From positions 1-27,216 of IMG/VR virus record IMGVR_UViG_3300005573_000662: a stretch of 27,216 nt of DNA. One strand, written 5' to 3'. The position numbers and the translations under genes were made by a program. The notes beneath the pieces were generated by a model. It saw only the letters and a program-made list of their open reading frames with translations, was not told the DNA's origin and did not search any database. Below are positions 18,699 to 26,359 of the stretch, one piece after another (the stretch's first letter is position 1; each line of letters begins with the position of its first letter). This DNA comes from a virus (taxonomy: Duplodnaviria; Caudoviricetes).

Positions 18699-18953
18699 TT
18701 ATCGTGTTTTGTCGCAAATACATTTATTTAAAAAACCATAATTGTCATAACATTCCTTGCATTTAGGGGTAAATGTTACAAAATCTCGTTCAATAATTGC
18801 TGATTGTTTAATTTTGTTTTTTATTTTTGCTAATACTTCCTTGTAGTCAGCTTTTGGTTTTATTGTTTCTTTAATAATAGGAATCTCCTTTATTCCCCTT
18901 TTCACATAAGTCTTTTTACTTTTTGCAATTTTGTCAAATATTTCATCGCCCAT
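18699..18953 (-). CDS. Small basic hypothetical protein with C-terminal CxxC...CxC
   Basis: Start moved to MGDEIF at 18953 (AAGGAG RBS), just after the terL stop. Confidence 0.65.
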   Translation of the reverse strand: MGDEIFDKIAKSKKTYVKRGIKEIPIIKETIKPKADYKEVLAKIKNKIKQSAIIERDFVTFTPKCKECYDNYGFLNKCICDKTR

Positions 18954-18966
18954 TTTAAACTCCTTT

Positions 18967-20484
18967 CTATAACACTTTCCAGTTATAATATTGTAATTTC
19001 TTTTTCTTTTTTGTTTTATCGCTATTAACAAGTGAGTAGTAATACTTATCATCAAAATAATATGTTAACGCCAGCGCATCAAGTTTATTCGGGCTGGCAA
19101 TTCCTCTTATCCTCATGCTTTTTTTGCTTTCTATTTTAATCTTGCCTTTTGTAGAATCAGGGTCGTCTGATTTAATTGTTGTCAGCTCGCTAACAAGCTC
19201 ATCATCGTCTGGAATTGAAATAGTTCTTTTTTCAAAATCTTCTCGCATTTTCATGATTAATTCATCTCTAAGTCTAAAATATTGTGGCGATGATGATTCA
19301 CATCTAACGTCAACAGCATAAACCTGTACCATATTAGGAATATTAATTCTTGAAAGCCAATAATATATATGATTACCAACACCTATAGGGTCTAAGAAAA
19401 CAATAAATTTGTCTGGTTCTTCTGAAAGTTCTGTAAATATCCAGCTTTTTAGTTTTTCAGTATCAGGCTCATTTTTAGTAACAATATTTGTAACTTTATG
19501 ACCTTTTCTTGTCAAAATTACTGTTTCGTCTCCGCCTGCTCCTACATCAAGCCCCTTTAAGATATAATCATGTTGAATAACCTCTATTGGTCTATTAATA
19601 GCAGATGTTACCCACTCATATGGTATTAACGTATCGCCTTCTTGAAGTGGAAAATCTCCTTTACGCCTTATCCTGTACCAATTAGAATCAGCACCATAAC
19701 GTTGTTTATCATTCTCTAATAATTCTTTTGAAACCAAAGGAGATTCTTCTGCATTCCAATGTAAAGTTATCCATTTGTTAGCTTCTTTGTTATGAGAATC
19801 AAAGAAAAAACCATGCCCTCTTGTCGGGTTGCTAATTAAAACAACAAAGTTCATAAGTCCTGTGCATACGCCTTCAAGAGGTTTAAATACTCCATAAGGA
19901 AGATTACTTGCCTCATCGGCAGCTAATATCATGTAATCTGAATGAAGTCCAGCTAATGTCTCGCCTTGTTCTTGTTCTGTAGCTCTCATATTAGTAGTTC
20001 TGCCTTGCACAAAACACATTTTAGGATTTTCAATATGAAATACTTTATCTGATTGTATTTGAAAGAATTTTTGCAATAATGGGGATTTATTTCGCCATTT
20101 ATAAAACTCTTTCCATAAAACTGTTTCTAATTGCGTTGATGTTGAAGCTGTAACATAACCGCAAGCATTCGGGAAGCAAAACATTAACCAATAATAAAGT
20201 CTTGCAAGAAAGGCTGTTTTGCCTGTTCCGTGTCCACTTCTGATACTAATCCCTAACTTTTTAGCTAACTCCCTTTCTTTTGGCGTAACAGGCATACCAG
20301 AGTTAACTTTAAATTTTGCGTTAGCTAAAGCTGCAACTTTTTTAAATCCATCAATCTGTTGCGGGGTAGGGGATTCGTTTCCCTCCCAATCATATACTTC
20401 TAAATCAAAGATTTCTGGGTGTTCAACCCATATTCTTATTTTTTCTTTTAATTTCTTAGTGCTTAAATCATCTACATTAGACAA
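18967..20484 (-). CDS. terL: Terminase large subunit
   Basis: Walker A RSGHGTGKT, Walker B ILAADEAS, SNP coupling motif, RNase H-like GLDVGAGGD and SPNKLDALALT. Confidence 0.95.
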   Translation of the reverse strand: MSNVDDLSTKKLKEKIRIWVEHPEIFDLEVYDWEGNESPTPQQIDGFKKVAALANAKFKVNSGMPVTPKERELAKKLGISIRSGHGTGKTAFLARLYYWLMFCFPNACGYVTASTSTQLETVLWKEFYKWRNKSPLLQKFFQIQSDKVFHIENPKMCFVQGRTTNMRATEQEQGETLAGLHSDYMILAADEASNLPYGVFKPLEGVCTGLMNFVVLISNPTRGHGFFFDSHNKEANKWITLHWNAEESPLVSKELLENDKQRYGADSNWYRIRRKGDFPLQEGDTLIPYEWVTSAINRPIEVIQHDYILKGLDVGAGGDETVILTRKGHKVTNIVTKNEPDTEKLKSWIFTELSEEPDKFIVFLDPIGVGNHIYYWLSRINIPNMVQVYAVDVRCESSSPQYFRLRDELIMKMREDFEKRTISIPDDDELVSELTTIKSDDPDSTKGKIKIESKKSMRIRGIASPNKLDALALTYYFDDKYYYSLVNSDKTKKKKKLQYYNWKVL

Positions 20485-21262
20485 CTTGTGGATTCCCCCA
20501 ATATTGACAAGTTTTACATAAAGGCACTAAATCACGCCTGTTGTTTTTGTGACACATTAACCATAAGTATCTTTTATTAGATGTCCAAAGTTCTTTTATT
20601 GTAAAATCATTAAGATTACCTAAGACGCCCAATCCATCATAATCAAATCTATTACATATACAAAAATCACCATTCCAAGAAACAGATGGCTTATTAAGAA
20701 AATCAAGACATATGCCTATTTCACTTATATAAGATTCGGGCTTGCAATATATATCCTGATAATTATAATCATGGTCAGGGTGATGGATTTTTCGCCTTAA
20801 ACATTTTAAGCCTAACTTTTCATATTCAGGGTTATAATAATTCCCTAAAAATTTAATAAAAACTGGAACATCAGTATGAGCAATAAACTCCTTAATTGTT
20901 TCAAATTGTTTAATATCATCTTCTATTACAGAGACACAAATCGTGGTTGCTTGTTTAAGCTCTTGAATCCTATCCATTAATAATATCCCATTTGTAACAA
21001 TATTAATTATCATGTTTTTACTATAAGCTAAATTTATAGCATCTCCAATTTTTTCATATAGCAAAGGTTCTCCATTTTTATGGAATTGAATAATGGTTTC
21101 TGGCTCTATTTGGGCGATAATATCTTTATACAGTTCAAAATCCATATCGCCTAAATCTAAAACTCCAGCTTTTCTTTTTTTAGCCCTTCCACAAAATGAG
21201 CAAGATTTATTACATCTATTAGTTAATTCTATGTTTAACCAGTTAAACATATCATTCCTCAC
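20477..21262 (-). CDS. Radical SAM protein with SPASM/twitch domain
   Basis: IELTNRCNKSCSFC (CxxxCxxC), GEPLL, VTNG, and C-terminal C...G...C...LGNL...ELW...CKTC. Confidence 0.92.
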   Translation of the reverse strand: MRNDMFNWLNIELTNRCNKSCSFCGRAKKRKAGVLDLGDMDFELYKDIIAQIEPETIIQFHKNGEPLLYEKIGDAINLAYSKNMIINIVTNGILLMDRIQELKQATTICVSVIEDDIKQFETIKEFIAHTDVPVFIKFLGNYYNPEYEKLGLKCLRRKIHHPDHDYNYQDIYCKPESYISEIGICLDFLNKPSVSWNGDFCICNRFDYDGLGVLGNLNDFTIKELWTSNKRYLWLMCHKNNRRDLVPLCKTCQYWGNPQVV

Positions 21263-21702
21263 ACTGACATATGCGTTGTCTCAGGGTTTAGCACCCATTT
21301 TTTAATTTCACGCCACATAACAAATTTAAATGTGGCAACCTTCTTACAGATACCGTTTTCCACTTGCTCCTCTATCACTCTTTCGGTGGTAGGAACAACA
21401 AAAGATTTAAAAGAGTAGCTATCCAGTAGAGACAACTTATGATACATTAAGTAACAAAAGGAAAACTCCCCTTGTAACATAATGTATTTTTCATATTCCT
21501 TATATTCAGGAAGGGATAAGGCATCTAAAATTGCATTTCTGGCATTAACTAATGCCAGGACATATTCTTCACTATTTACTTCCCAGCGAGGGTCTATTGC
21601 TGGGAACGGGACGTCGATAATGATGTCCCATCCTTCCTTCTGCTCGGCACTCCATTTGAGCGAAGGGTGGTTACTGCAGTTTATTAATAATTTTTTATTC
21701 AT
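21259..21702 (-). CDS. Csx20/Csx15-like protein, putative cyclic oligoadenylate ring nuclease
   Basis: Start moved to MNKKLLINCSNHPS at 21702 (AGGAGG RBS, ATGA overlap). Motifs NHPSxxWSxEQ, DVPFPAIDP, QGEFSFCY, TTERVIEE and FKFVMWRE recall small type III CRISPR ancillary proteins. Confidence 0.68.
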   Translation of the reverse strand: MNKKLLINCSNHPSLKWSAEQKEGWDIIIDVPFPAIDPRWEVNSEEYVLALVNARNAILDALSLPEYKEYEKYIMLQGEFSFCYLMYHKLSLLDSYSFKSFVVPTTERVIEEQVENGICKKVATFKFVMWREIKKWVLNPETTHMSV

Positions 21703-22061
21703 TCTTTTTCCTCCTTTTTTTCTGTCTTCCTGTCTATTACAATATCCCCTTTCCATATGCTTCTTCTCTCTCCATCTTGATGGGAATATCTTACTAAGTA
21801 GTCCAATAATTCAATTGGTGAAATCCTCGCATATTTTGCGGACTCTACCAATTGAGACAAATATATTTCTCCATATAATTTTTTAGGGTTTAGTTTGTCT
21901 GGATAATCTTCCCATATATTCAAAGCACGTAATGATGGCAAGATAGTTTTAGATAAGTTTATATCTTTCCCCTCTTGCTTCTTTTCAATCTCTTCCCATC
22001 CCAATGCGATGGAATATACAGTTTCATTACCGTTAACAATTTCTTCAATTTCAATTTTCAT
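21699..22061 (-). CDS. Hypothetical protein
   Basis: 120 aa; AGGAGG RBS; overlaps both neighbours. Confidence 0.75.
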   Translation of the reverse strand: MKIEIEEIVNGNETVYSIALGWEEIEKKQEGKDINLSKTILPSLRALNIWEDYPDKLNPKKLYGEIYLSQLVESAKYARISPIELLDYLVRYSHQDGERRSIWKGDIVIDRKTEKKEEKE

Positions 22062-22869
22062 ATGTCTCCTCCTTTTGAAAAGTTTTTATCTCTTGCGAAT
22101 CTTTAATTGAATCTTCAATTTCCTTCAAATACTCATCAAATCCAACTGATTTTAATTTTTGCGCAATAGAAAGAGATATTTCTTTATGCTTTTCTAAAAT
22201 AATATTCATGTAAAGCCCAAGACCAAGTATGTTAACCTTTCCAATCACTGCCCATTCTTCATCTGTGAATAATTGAGCATTCTGCCTAATGATTTCCGCA
22301 AAGATTTCATGGCTTTTGGTATAGTTTTTTATGCCTTTTAAATTTACGTCTCGCAAATATGCACCAGAGAATTTTACTCCAGCAAGATTAGCTCCTTCAA
22401 GGTTTGCATACCAAAGATTTGCCTTTTTAATCTTCGCTCCGTATAAATTTGTATATTCAAGTTTTGCGCACTTGAGATTGGCATTCTCAAAATTAGCCAT
22501 TTCAAGATTTGCTCCTTTAAAATTTGCTTCTAAACAAAAAGCACGTGAAAGATTTGCAAATTTTAAATTTGCTCCTTCAATTTTAGCATTTTTGAGAATA
22601 GTGTCTTCAAGGTTTATACCTGTAAGATTCGCATACTTAAGAGTAGCGTATTCAAGATATGCATTGTTGAGAGTAGCGCATTTAAGATTTGCATCTGAAA
22701 GGTTTGCACACCAAAGATTAGCTCTTTCAAGGTTTATTTCTTGAAGGTCTGCTTTTTTTAATTTTGCGTATTGTAGTTTTTCCTTATTTTTCTCAATCGC
22801 TTCTTTTATAGAAACATATTCTCCTTCAATGATAACTTCATTGAATATATTTATTATTTCTACCTTCAT
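22051..22869 (-). CDS. Pentapeptide repeat protein
   Basis: Long run of A(N/D/K)Lxx pentads. The start is probably MKVEIIN at 22869; the ORF track starts at 22896. Confidence 0.92.
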   Translation of the reverse strand: MKVEIINIFNEVIIEGEYVSIKEAIEKNKEKLQYAKLKKADLQEINLERANLWCANLSDANLKCATLNNAYLEYATLKYANLTGINLEDTILKNAKIEGANLKFANLSRAFCLEANFKGANLEMANFENANLKCAKLEYTNLYGAKIKKANLWYANLEGANLAGVKFSGAYLRDVNLKGIKNYTKSHEIFAEIIRQNAQLFTDEEWAVIGKVNILGLGLYMNIILEKHKEISLSIAQKLKSVGFDEYLKEIEDSIKDSQEIKTFQKEETYEN

Positions 22870-22933
22870 TTGTTCTCTTTCCCTTAGCCTTGACATTTTA
22901 ATAATGCTAAAAGAGTTATTATAATAAGAATAC

Positions 22934-23842
22934 TTATAACCACCTATCAGTTATCCAATCTGCTGATTGTTTAACAAAATCGCAATTAACGGCATCGCTC
23001 CAAATATTCATTAAATATTTAGTGCATTCTCCAACTCTGCCATTGCCTATTTTAATATTGTTAATTTCAACAACAGGTATTATGCAAAAAGGAGTACAAG
23101 TCAAAAATACCTCGTCAGCTGTATATAAATCGTGTAATGTAAGATTAGTATATTCTTTTTCTTCATTCCACAAAGAATAAACATATTTTTGACTAATTCC
23201 CTGCAAACAATTGTACTTAGGAGTTTTAAGTGTTAATCCTTTAAGAATAACAATATTGCTACCTGTGCTTTCGGCAACATAGCCAGAATCATCTAATAAA
23301 ATAGCCCAATAATCTTTAGGCATTTCTAATTCAGCCATTTTGTAGTGTAGTCTTGAACGTGTTTTAAGCCTTGCATCAAGAAGATATTGTGGGATAGCCC
23401 TCTGAGAAGCAACTTTGCATTTTATTCCATCATATACATAACCAATAGTAGTATGAACATATTTAAGGGGAAAACAGGTAATAATAACATTAGTTCCGCA
23501 ATGGTAATCTACCCCTAATAATTTTCTATAAATAGGCAAAATACCTCTTGTTACATTAATAAGCGTTCTCCATTCAATAATATTATCGTCTTCTTTGTGC
23601 GCATTTAATAAATCTTCATGGTATTTATATAATTCTTCTTGACTGTAAGGCATTTGTATTTGTAATATTTTACATGTATTATATAATCTATCTAAATGCT
23701 CATCTAATTTAAATGTTTTTCCGTTAAATGTTCTCATCATTTCAAACGCAACATCTCCAAACATCAAAGCGCTATCATAAACATGGATTTTAGCTTCTTT
23801 TTCTGGAAGAATTTGTCCGTTATAAAAAATAAATCTATCCAT
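22934..23842 (-). CDS. Class IV PLP aminotransferase (IlvE/D-amino acid aminotransferase-like)
   Basis: FGDVAFEMMRT, FKLDEHLDRL, putative PLP lysine in RLKTRSRLHY, AESTGSN, LQGIS and ADEVFLT. Confidence 0.92.
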   Translation of the reverse strand: MDRFIFYNGQILPEKEAKIHVYDSALMFGDVAFEMMRTFNGKTFKLDEHLDRLYNTCKILQIQMPYSQEELYKYHEDLLNAHKEDDNIIEWRTLINVTRGILPIYRKLLGVDYHCGTNVIITCFPLKYVHTTIGYVYDGIKCKVASQRAIPQYLLDARLKTRSRLHYKMAELEMPKDYWAILLDDSGYVAESTGSNIVILKGLTLKTPKYNCLQGISQKYVYSLWNEEKEYTNLTLHDLYTADEVFLTCTPFCIIPVVEINNIKIGNGRVGECTKYLMNIWSDAVNCDFVKQSADWITDRWL

Positions 23843-23863
23843 TTAGTCTCCTTTCTCTATTTT

Positions 23864-24727
23864 TTACCAATATCTTAATTTATTCATAATATTTTGTTCT
23901 TCTTTTAATAAATCCCAGTTGTATTGAGAATTATTTCTTAATAAATATGCAGTTACGCCGTCTCTAACAACCAATTCCATACCTTTTTTTTCTAAAGAAG
24001 CAGCCTGGTCAGAGCCAAACATAGTTCTATCTAATGTAATATGCCTTTCAACTGCCACTGCTCCGTTATAAATAGCTAAAACTGTTGGCAAAATTCCTTT
24101 TTCATGCCCTGAATAACCTATAGGTATATCTGGATACTTAATCCTTAGCTCTAAAATCCTTTGTAGATTGCAGTCAATATCTTCACAAGGATAAACAGAG
24201 ACACAATGCATTAAACAAAACGGGGTATCGTGCTTTAAAAATAACTCAATTGTAGAATCTAAATAGTTTTCTGAGACCTTATTAATTGAAATAAAAGTAA
24301 ATTTTTGTTCTTCTGCAACTAATTTTGGGATTTCGGAATGTGTTAGCATAGCTGAGGCTATTTTATTATATTTTAAATCAAACTTTCTTAAAAATTTTTG
24401 TGATTCCACGTCCCAAGCTGACGCAAACCAATCAATCCCTTTTTCTCTGCAATAAGAATCAATTAAACAATAATCATTTTCTGTAAACTCCAAAGCTTCT
24501 TTCAAGTCCCTGTTTGTATTTCCGAAAGGAGATTCCCTGTAGCAATCCAAATAATCCTTAGAATAAACCAAATCAATTGTTCTTTTCTGGAATTTAACAG
24601 CATTAAACCCAGCCTCAACAGCCAAATCAATTAGTTTAAAAGCTTTTTTAATATCTCCATTATGATTAATCCCAATTTCTGCGATAAAAAAAGGCTTTGG
24701 CTGTAAATCAAAAGCTTTAGACTGCAT
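23864..24727 (-). CDS. neuB: Nonulosonic (sialic) acid synthase, NeuB family, short form without SAF domain
   Basis: IAEIGINHNG, AVKFQKR, KIAS, LMHCVSVYP, GYSGHE and VERHITLDR...GSDQAASL. Confidence 0.93.
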   Translation of the reverse strand: MQSKAFDLQPKPFFIAEIGINHNGDIKKAFKLIDLAVEAGFNAVKFQKRTIDLVYSKDYLDCYRESPFGNTNRDLKEALEFTENDYCLIDSYCREKGIDWFASAWDVESQKFLRKFDLKYNKIASAMLTHSEIPKLVAEEQKFTFISINKVSENYLDSTIELFLKHDTPFCLMHCVSVYPCEDIDCNLQRILELRIKYPDIPIGYSGHEKGILPTVLAIYNGAVAVERHITLDRTMFGSDQAASLEKKGMELVVRDGVTAYLLRNNSQYNWDLLKEEQNIMNKLRYW

Positions 24728-25340
24728 AATTTCCCTCCTCTTTTAAAAGTTTTCTCATAAAATATTCGCACATCTCCCAATCTTCATAAATATCTAATTC
24801 AAAAGATTTCCATTTTGGCATCGAATAAAAATTCTTGTGCCCATAACGAGAGCCTTCCTTAGAACAAGAATATATACTTCCATTTTCCCTATAATATTTT
24901 CCATATAATTTTCTGTTGTCTTTTTGAAAATTAAAAGGTTCGCTTTTATCCCAGAGAAATAAATCGTCTTCTAAACAGACAGACATTGCGCTTTTATAAA
25001 TACAATTATCTATATCCTCTGGAGTCCTGACAGGACTTGTTGGTTGCAAAAGAATCAGTCTTTCTTTAATTTTAGGGTAATTGTTTAGATAATCAGAAAT
25101 AACTTCCTCTAATGTATCTAAATTGTTTTTTGTCCTAAAAACAACCTCAGCTCCATAACTTTTGGCTATTTTAGCAATTTCTTTCCCATCAGTAGAAACT
25201 AAAACTCTGCTTACAAGCTTTGCCTTCTGCGCCGCCCTAATAGACCAGAATATTAAAGGATATCCACAAAATATCTTAATATTCTTGCAAGTAATCCTCT
25301 GGCTAAAACTCTTGGCTGGTATAAAAGCTGTTACCTTCAT
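24717..25340 (-). CDS. neuA: Acylneuraminate cytidylyltransferase (CMP-nonulosonic acid synthetase)
   Basis: IPAK..SQRI..KNIK.F.G.PL, VSTD, LLQPTSPVR, ENGSIY and SFELD...D; overlaps the neuB start. Confidence 0.92.
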   Translation of the reverse strand: MKVTAFIPAKSFSQRITCKNIKIFCGYPLIFWSIRAAQKAKLVSRVLVSTDGKEIAKIAKSYGAEVVFRTKNNLDTLEEVISDYLNNYPKIKERLILLQPTSPVRTPEDIDNCIYKSAMSVCLEDDLFLWDKSEPFNFQKDNRKLYGKYYRENGSIYSCSKEGSRYGHKNFYSMPKWKSFELDIYEDWEMCEYFMRKLLKEEGNYAV

Positions 25341-25361
25341 CTATCCCTCCTATATTATATA

Positions 25362-25538
25362 TTATCTACCTATATATATATTCATTAATAATATAATGCC
25401 AATCAATACACCAATAACCAAACCAAAAACTATACAAAATAAATAATACAATAAACTTAATCCTGATTTTTTTAGCAATTGATAAATAAATTTTGGATTT
25501 AAAAAATATAACCCCGTGTTTTTTGACACTTTATTCAT
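25362..25538 (-). CDS. Small single-pass membrane protein (58 aa)
   Basis: Below the ORF track cut-off; translated by hand as MNKVSKNTGLYFLNPKFIYQLLKKSGLSLLYYLFCIVFGLVIGVLIGIILLMNIYIGR. ATGA overlap with the upstream gene; fills the gap before neuA. Confidence 0.6.
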   Translation of the reverse strand: MNKVSKNTGLYFLNPKFIYQLLKKSGLSLLYYLFCIVFGLVIGVLIGIILLMNIYIGR

Positions 25539-25897
25539 TTTTCTTTTAGCAAATGCTTTAAATTATATTTACTTTTAAGCCTCTCAACTAAGCTTTCAGC
25601 TATAATTTCATGTATCTTGGCACTATATATACACCTAAAATACTTGCTTATAATAGCATGTATATATTCATGTACCAATATCTCAGCCCTTAAATCTTCA
25701 TCTATGCCTTTTATTATATATATGGTATCTTCCTTCTGCGAATAAAAAGCTATATAATTAACTTCCTTATTATATAACTCCTTATACCTATTAGTTAGCT
25801 CCTCTTGAGTGTTATATTCAATTATGGTAGTCGTTATTTGCTGTAGGTCTATGCCTATCTCTTGGGATAATATATTGATTAATAATAAAAAAATCAT
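25535..25897 (-). CDS. Small HExxH zinc metallopeptidase-like protein
   Basis: AFY...DTIYI...ILVHEYIHA followed by a downstream HEIIAE helix (minimal zincin pattern). Confidence 0.65.
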   Translation of the reverse strand: MIFLLLINILSQEIGIDLQQITTTIIEYNTQEELTNRYKELYNKEVNYIAFYSQKEDTIYIIKGIDEDLRAEILVHEYIHAIISKYFRCIYSAKIHEIIAESLVERLKSKYNLKHLLKEK

Positions 25898-26024
25898 TTC
25901 AATCTGTTATATGTGCGGTAGAAAAGGGGGGTTAATATAATATATATATAATACTCCCCCCTGTACCGCCCGCATGACGCCCCCCCTTAAAACTTCCCTA
26001 TGGGTGATAATTTTTACTTTCATA

Positions 26025-26121
26025 AAAAAATATAATAAAATCAATAACTTACAGCATTTTATGTCCGATAACCATTATTATGTAAAATTATTTTTTGGAG
26101 AAAAAATATAATAAAATCAAT
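26025..26121 (+). repeat. 21-bp perfect direct repeat flanking the dif-like site; first copy overlaps an IHF consensus
   Basis: AAAAAATATAATAAAATCAAT at 26025-26045 and 26101-26121. AATCAATAACTTA at 26039-26051 fits WATCAANNNNTTR. Confidence 0.8.
26061..26088 (+). other. dif-like XerC/XerD recombination site
   Basis: ATGTCCGATAA-CCATTA-TTATGTAAAAT has the 11-6-11 layout. The right arm differs by one base from the E. coli XerD arm TTATGTTAAAT, and the left arm ends in ATAA like XerC arms. Confidence 0.75.
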
Positions 26122-26359
26122 GAGATAGAGCAACCATGCACCATACTATATCCTGTACTGCAACCTATCGGTATACGTACCATTTCACTTACTATTTCAC
26201 TTACCATTTCTTTCTCTTCCTCTTTTCTTTCTTCTTTTTCAATAACCATCTATTTTATCTACTCTCTTTTTTTCTAATATCCATATATTCTTTATCTTTT
26301 CTCTATCTTTATCTCTATCTATTTCACTTATTTACTTATTTATTATCTATTATAAATTT

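Noticed and set aside
22890-22925. Plus-strand TTGACA...TATAAT promoter
   Set aside because: The spacer is 24 bp and the orientation is antisense to the operon.
22934-25340. neuA, neuB and aminotransferase as a host LPS/capsule locus marking a prophage boundary
   Set aside because: Flanked by terS and terL, co-oriented and tightly packed with phage genes, with no wzx/wzy/kps or other host genes.
26089-26359. Pyrimidine-rich stretch with 12-bp repeats (CCATTTCACTTA) and a possible ~53-aa minus ORF (MVIEKEERKEEE...)
   Set aside because: Low complexity, no clear RBS and overlap with the direct repeat; cannot be supported as a gene.
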